Assembly (NCBI GenBank): GCA_964016885.1 | Contig: OZ024743.1 | Location: 302,312,001-302,376,000 of the forward strand | Direction: 5' to 3' | From: Eledone cirrhosa | Taxonomy: Eukaryota | Length of the DNA stretch: 64,000 bases | Shown here: in pieces, positions 57,254-64,000 of the stretch | Position numbering within the stretch: the first letter of the stretch is position 1 | Layout of the letters: each line of letters begins with the position of its first letter | Notes under the pieces: generated by a model | Seen by the model: only the letters and a program-made list of their open reading frames with translations | Told to the model about the DNA's origin: nothing | Database searches by the model: none | Position numbers and translations under genes: made by a program

Positions 57254-57730
57254 GTAGGTCCACACAGATAAGTGTACGATTAATGGCTGTGAATGCTTGT
57301 ATATAGATGTGAGCTTATGTGCGTGTGGGTGTATAAGTATGGGGAGACAGGCAAGCAAGGGATTGGCATGGAAATTCAAAAAGACGCTAATACACACAGC
57401 ATAATTTTGGCGATGGGATTGGGCTGACTGACAACTCACGCCTGAATTGAGATGGCCAGTGGACATATTTCATTGGTCAAACTATCAACTATCAACCAAC
57501 TTAAGTGCCACGGAAACAGGATGATGGCATATGATAAAGATTCGAAGGGTCGGAGCCCAGCAGAAGGAGATTTGCCTCGAAATCACTAGACATATCTGAG
57601 GAACTTGCGAATCCAGATTCAGGTCCAATCAACAAACCTGTCGCGCCTAGAGCTGTTCGGCAGAGAAACAATTGTAATACGTAATAAATTGTTTTCCGAT
57701 GCATCACTGATTCTCCGTTTTCCATATTAT
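57254..57730 (+). mobile_element. Family E tail-less copy with hammerhead (57590-57682)
   Basis: ACATAT-CTGAGGA-~62 nt-GAAA-CAATTG-TA-ATACGT. Confidence 0.8.
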
Positions 57731-57795
57731 ATATAATAAAGGAACAATATTATATATATACACACACATACTCACAAACACGCGAGTGCACATAT

Positions 57796-57828
<33 letters not shown>

Positions 57829-57830
<2 letters not shown>

Positions 57831-58020
57831 CGGAGGAAATGTGGTAAGGAACCAGGTGGACCATAACGCACTAAAGTACTCAATACTTAGGGTAGTAGAG
57901 TGGTTAATAGGAACGAGTAGGACCCCGACGGCTGAGCTCAAGCCGTTTCGACGGCTAATTCTGGACTCCAGAATTAGCCGTCGAAACGGCTTGAGCTCAG
58001 CCGTCAGGGTCCTACTCGTT

Positions 58021-58025
<5 letters not shown>
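57829..58025 (-). mobile_element. Family A fold-back mini-insertion, near-perfect ~59-bp arms
   Basis: Palindrome centred on C57966 (AATTCTGGA c TCCAGAATT). Tail 57829-57905. Confidence 0.88.
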
Positions 58026-58085
<60 letters not shown>

Positions 58086-58129
58086 TTAATAGTGTCAGAA
58101 ACTCGTGTGAGCCCTTGTAATTCGTATAA

Positions 58130-58492
58130 TGCTCTCTCTCTGTTTTGTCGAGCACTTTAACTTGAGTGGTTTTGGGCTGCGATTTCTAGCGGCTCACGCC
58201 ACCCAAGCCACTGTCCCATTCACGCATTTGTTTCTCTCTACCATGCGTTGCAAGGCAGTTAATTTAAGTTCTCTTAGAGTCGTTTGAAATGTATTAGCTT
58301 ACAGACGCTGATGAACCGGGTGAGTTCAATCGAAACACTAATTTTCTGGCGAAACAATCTCTCTGAGTTTGTACATGTGTGATATATATTTAATGATGTG
58401 GGTAAATTAATTTTTAATTGTAATGTTTCTACCTCACATTTCAAGGTTTATAAGTTCCATACGCAAGTGTTATTCTCTGTAACTTGATAAAC
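58130..58492 (+). mobile_element. Diverged family F copy (HHR core CTGATGA 58308, GAAA 58351), split by hAT and resuming at 59351
   Basis: Reverse-complement similarity to 53200-53605. Confidence 0.7.
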
Positions 58493-59350
58493 CAGGGGTC
58501 GGCAACCTTTTGGAGAGAGAGGGCCAAACAGTTATGCAGTGTCATAGGGGAGGGCCATGTTATTAAATATATAAATACATTTTCTGGAGGTTTAAAGCAA
58601 AACAAGGAATTTAATATAATTTTATTTTAACAAGACCCCTTATTTTAGTGCAGGAATAACCGAAAACAACTACTATCACAATCAACAAAGAAAAAAGCAA
58701 ATTCCTTGCTACAAACAAAATACAGTTAGAACTGGTAAATGATTTAATGAGACACTTGTTTCTGCTTATTGTGCGATAACTTCTCCACATCAGGTGAAAT
58801 ATTTGTCGATGATAGGAGCAAGACATTATCCAGGTGGTCGGCACGCAACCTTGTTCTTAAATGAATTTTTAGTATATTTCATTTTGGAAAAAAGTTGTTC
58901 ACAACCATATGTATTTCCAAATAATATCATTAGTTTCGCATTAGTCAAGATGTTTTTATATTTTCCGCTTGGCAATATATATTTCTTGTAGAAGTCAGCA
59001 GCTGAAGAAAATGCATACTTCCAGCCAACATTTGTGAACAAAAGCACATACATGAAATCACAGAAAATAATAATACAGGTCATATAATGCTTGGCGGAAA
59101 GCCCAGAAAAAAATGGATAAGAGGAAATAACAATAAATGGAAAATATAATAAGGTTACAAAGGTATCTGTAAATATATACGGTATGAGCAGCGATTTTTG
59201 CTGGGCATCAGGTCGGCACAACGTTGAAGTGAACTACTGTATCTGTATTCGATACTAATTAGGTAATTGGTCTCCAGTGTAAGATGGCGAGCCGGACAAA
59301 AATAACTCGAGCGTCGGATGTGGCCCCCGGCCGGAGGTTGCCGACACTCG
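58493..59350 (-). mobile_element. Internally deleted hAT (Charlie/SPIN-like) DNA transposon
   Basis: TIRs CAGGGGTCGGCAACC / GGTTGCCGACACTCG. 8-bp TSD TGATAAAC / TGATACAC. Transposase C-terminal dimerisation remnant LFGNTYGCEQLFSKMKYTK (ORF 58826-59221). Confidence 0.9.
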
Positions 59351-59399
59351 TGATACACACACACTCTTTCTAGTGTGTTTTCCTCTCTCTCACTATAAA

Positions 59400-60545
<1,146 letters not shown>

Positions 60546-60815
60546 TGCGTGTGTGCGTGTGTGCGTGTGTTTATGTGTGTGTGACATGTTTAATATAGAA
60601 ATGGATTATACAGAACAAGAAATGTTTCATTAAAAGAATCATCTTAATGATCTATTTCGAATGACAGATTTCTCGTCATGTAGAAGCCACTTCTATATAA
60701 AGTTTGGTGTTCACTAATGCAATGAGTACCTTAATAACTTTGAATAACACGGATTGAATCCGGACCTCAAACACACCCACATACACACACTCACAGACAC
60801 ACACTTACAGACACA

Positions 60816-60847
<32 letters not shown>

Positions 60848-61931
60848 TTCACAAACAGGCGCGTGCACACACTTTGTATATATATATATATATATATATT
60901 TATATAGTTGTTATATAGTACGGTGCATTATTAGTTGTCGTGATCATCTAACCATGGAATGCTCACGGTTACTGATGGGACAATATTATTAATGGGCTTA
61001 CACACATCCTCGTGGTTTTGCTATTCCTTTTTTTATTTTATTTTATTTTATTTTATTTTATTTCTGTGTTGGCTAACACACCTCCACCACTCAAACACCT
61101 ATCTTAAAAACCCAAGGGCACATATAACGGGTAAACGCATATACTGACTCCTTAACTCAAATACCCAACCCTAAACAGAGCTCCTTGGTGGCCTACATGG
61201 CTCCTTGGTGGCCTACATGGGGACTCAGATTCTCAATGGGACAACGGCACATACAGAGTTAGATATGAGCTGACGACTTGCTCTTCACATGGATGTGAAT
61301 ATACCAAAACACACACTATTTACAATTCAATCGATACACGTATAGCATAACATTGAACTGAATTTATTTGCGTGTGTATAGGGTTGCGGTGGACCAATTT
61401 CTCCAATTTACATCGTCAAATTGATATTTGACCAATATAACATGTGTTGTTTTGTAAACTAACTTTCGGTCAATACTATGTTGGTATATATATATTTTTT
61501 TTTCTTCGACCTCGCCTCGGTGAGTGTGAGTGTGTGTGCTCAGTCACACTGAGTGTGACCGACTGCAATTCTAAAGATTTGATGTTGAGATTAGACCCGT
61601 CCAGCGTCTTTTACAGCTATTGAAAGATAGAGACTTGAAAGATTTATGACCCTAACCGAGGGAGATAGCAGTTGGCGTGTTTTGGCTGCTTAATCTTCAT
61701 ATGGGGGACAACACTCTAGTGAGTGAACATCGTTAAATTGTGTCCCTCATATCAAGGATTTGAAGACAATTAATGTTCACCTGCCGAGATCAGTGAAAAT
61801 CGATCATGGCCGCACGATCGATCTATCACTTATTGAAATATGTGTCGTGATTAAAATGATTGGAAATTTACACCATGCTTTCGGATCTTTATTTTGATAT
61901 ATATTTATATATGTATATATACAATAAATAA

Positions 61932-61989
<58 letters not shown>

Positions 61990-62022
61990 TTGTACATACA
62001 TATATATATATGTGTGTGTGTG

Positions 62023-62383
62023 TCGTATGGTTCCTAGGATGCGTCCATAGGCGGTATGCTGGTTGAGCACTCTATGTTCCTACGGAGCAGAGTGTGATAG
62101 AATGTATAACGAAGAATCAGTGATGCATCGGGACTCAATGTATTTCATATTACAATTGTTTCTCCGGCGAACAGCTGGAGGTGCGATCTGTTTGTGGATC
62201 GAACACGACTTTGGATTCCCAAGTTCCAAGGATACGTCTAGTGATTTCGAAACAAATTTTCATTCTCAGAGTCAGGTTTGATCCAGAACCAGATCGCACC
62301 TTGCGTCTTCGTCGGAGAACCAATTGTTATACGTAATAAATTGAGCTCCGATGCATCATTGATTCTTCGTTTTCCATTTTATA
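62023..62383 (-). mobile_element. Family E fold-back insertion (tail + arm + inverted arm), decayed
   Basis: ~62100-62210 is inverted at ~62269-62380. The tail matches 49290-49370. Confidence 0.8.
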
Positions 62384-62435
62384 TATATATATATAAATAT
62401 GTATATATGTATATATCTATATCTATATCTATATA

Positions 62436-62476
<41 letters not shown>

Positions 62477-63057
62477 ACATATATATATATATACATACAA
62501 ACACAAAGATCCCGTTAAGTGTGAAAGCAGCGATTCTTTGCTTAAACTTTAATCTGTTATTTTAACAAATAAATATAAATATATATATATGCGTTCTTGG
62601 CCAACCCGGTATGAATTTTGTTTCTCTCTCTCTCTCTCGTCTGCGACTTCACGAATTCGCAGACCAGACCTCTTCTTCTTCCCCCCGTTAGACCTGTGCG
62701 AAATCCCTTCCTTGCTCACATTTCAACCAGGTTTGATGGTCTTTATTCTCTTGTTTACGATTTCACCGAGTTTATATTCATAGAAATCTGGGACTTATCT
62801 CTTTCTTCTCACTTTCTGTTGCTTAAACCATTTTGTTTGTTCACCCTAACGTCCCCTTTATTTACGTGTCCCAACGACTTTTTTTAGCCGTTGATCGCAC
62901 CAACCTGAGGTATATGGCCCTTAAAGCGATGAAATGCCTAGGACGGTTGGAGGGTCACTGATGAAGGAATTACTTTTTCATATGTAACCCATTTGCAACG
63001 CCGCAGCTCCATTATTATCATATTTAAATATATATATATTTATATATATATATACTA

Positions 63058-63600
63058 ATAATATTAATAAATGGAAAATATCTTTATAAAGCCAATTTAT
63101 TTTATTATACGTATTCTATTATACATGTGTTAATCCATCTCGAAACATTGGAGAAAAATAGACCAACCCCGGTGGGGGGGGGGGGGGATTAAAAGGACAA
63201 AAAACGGGTCAGTAGTATACGAACACGTCAGACAAAAACATGACGTTAATATAGGCAACATAGAAATTAAAATAATATCTAAACATAGAAATGACTCAGC
63301 AGGTAGGTAAATCAGAGAAGCTACTGAAATAGAATTTAGAAGACCAAAGTTAAACACAAAAAACGAATGGAATAACAACAACCATAGCCAAACGATCAAT
63401 ACTGACGTAAGGAAAATATATATAAATAAATAAATATATACACACGTACAATAACAACAAACACCTATAAACACACACTAGTAAACAAAGATGGAATACA
63501 AAAACCAAATCACATACATTCAAATGCGAACACACACACAACACATTATACATACATGCAAACGCATGCGCAGAGACGGAGACAAGAATAAATAAATAAA
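63058..63600 (-). mobile_element. Family D copy with a family-B-like terminus
   Basis: Starts ATATTAATAAATGGAAAATATCTTTATAAAGCC..TTTATTTTATTATACGTATT, like the arm ends at 4053 and 34657. The body matches 26168-26530. Confidence 0.65.
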
Positions 63601-63695
63601 TAAAATAAAAATGGCGTAGACATTACAATACTATACAGTAGGAGGGAACATAATAATATTACCACCGATGATGTTGCAACGAAATAACTTTTGTA

Positions 63696-63863
<168 letters not shown>

Positions 63864-64000
63864 TTTTAACCATTGGTCAATCAATGATAAAATTTGATTG
63901 GCAAATAAATTAAATATGGAGATATAAAAGATACAGAAGCGAAAACAAACCAAAGAGTAAGTGTGTTCTGTTATTATTTCTGGCAATATTATTACAACAT

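Noticed and set aside
61181-61220. 20-bp tandem duplication CTCCTTGGTGGCCTACATGG x2
   Set aside because: Isolated local duplication with no further structure.
62952-62990. HHR-like GGGTCA-CTGATGA...CATATG-TA-ACCC
   Set aside because: The GAAA box is missing. At best a dead relic.

Overview
AT-rich eukaryotic DNA full of microsatellites, with no recognisable host gene. The SINE type and (TA)/(CA)/(GA) load suggest a cephalopod such as octopus (inference). The window is dominated by Penelope-like retroelements (PLEs; RT plus C-terminal GIY-YIG): one young, 5'-truncated copy with an uninterrupted 540-aa ORF flanked by ~1.55-kb inverted repeats, one near-full partial-tandem copy and four decayed copies. 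It also holds a CR1/L2-type LINE relic, an internally deleted hAT transposon, tRNA-derived SINEs and a long-TIR foldback element. The most striking signal is non-coding. At least six unrelated families (labelled A, B, C, E, F, G here) of short fold-back palindromic insertions sit in (TA)n tracts, each built as a tail-less inverted arm plus an arm with a tail. About 17 canonical type-I hammerhead ribozyme (HHR) cores and several variant cores occur in 64 kb. All folds and alignments were done by eye and coordinates are approximate to a few bp. Nearly all YIYI/HTHT/CVCV ORFs in the track are microsatellite artefacts.
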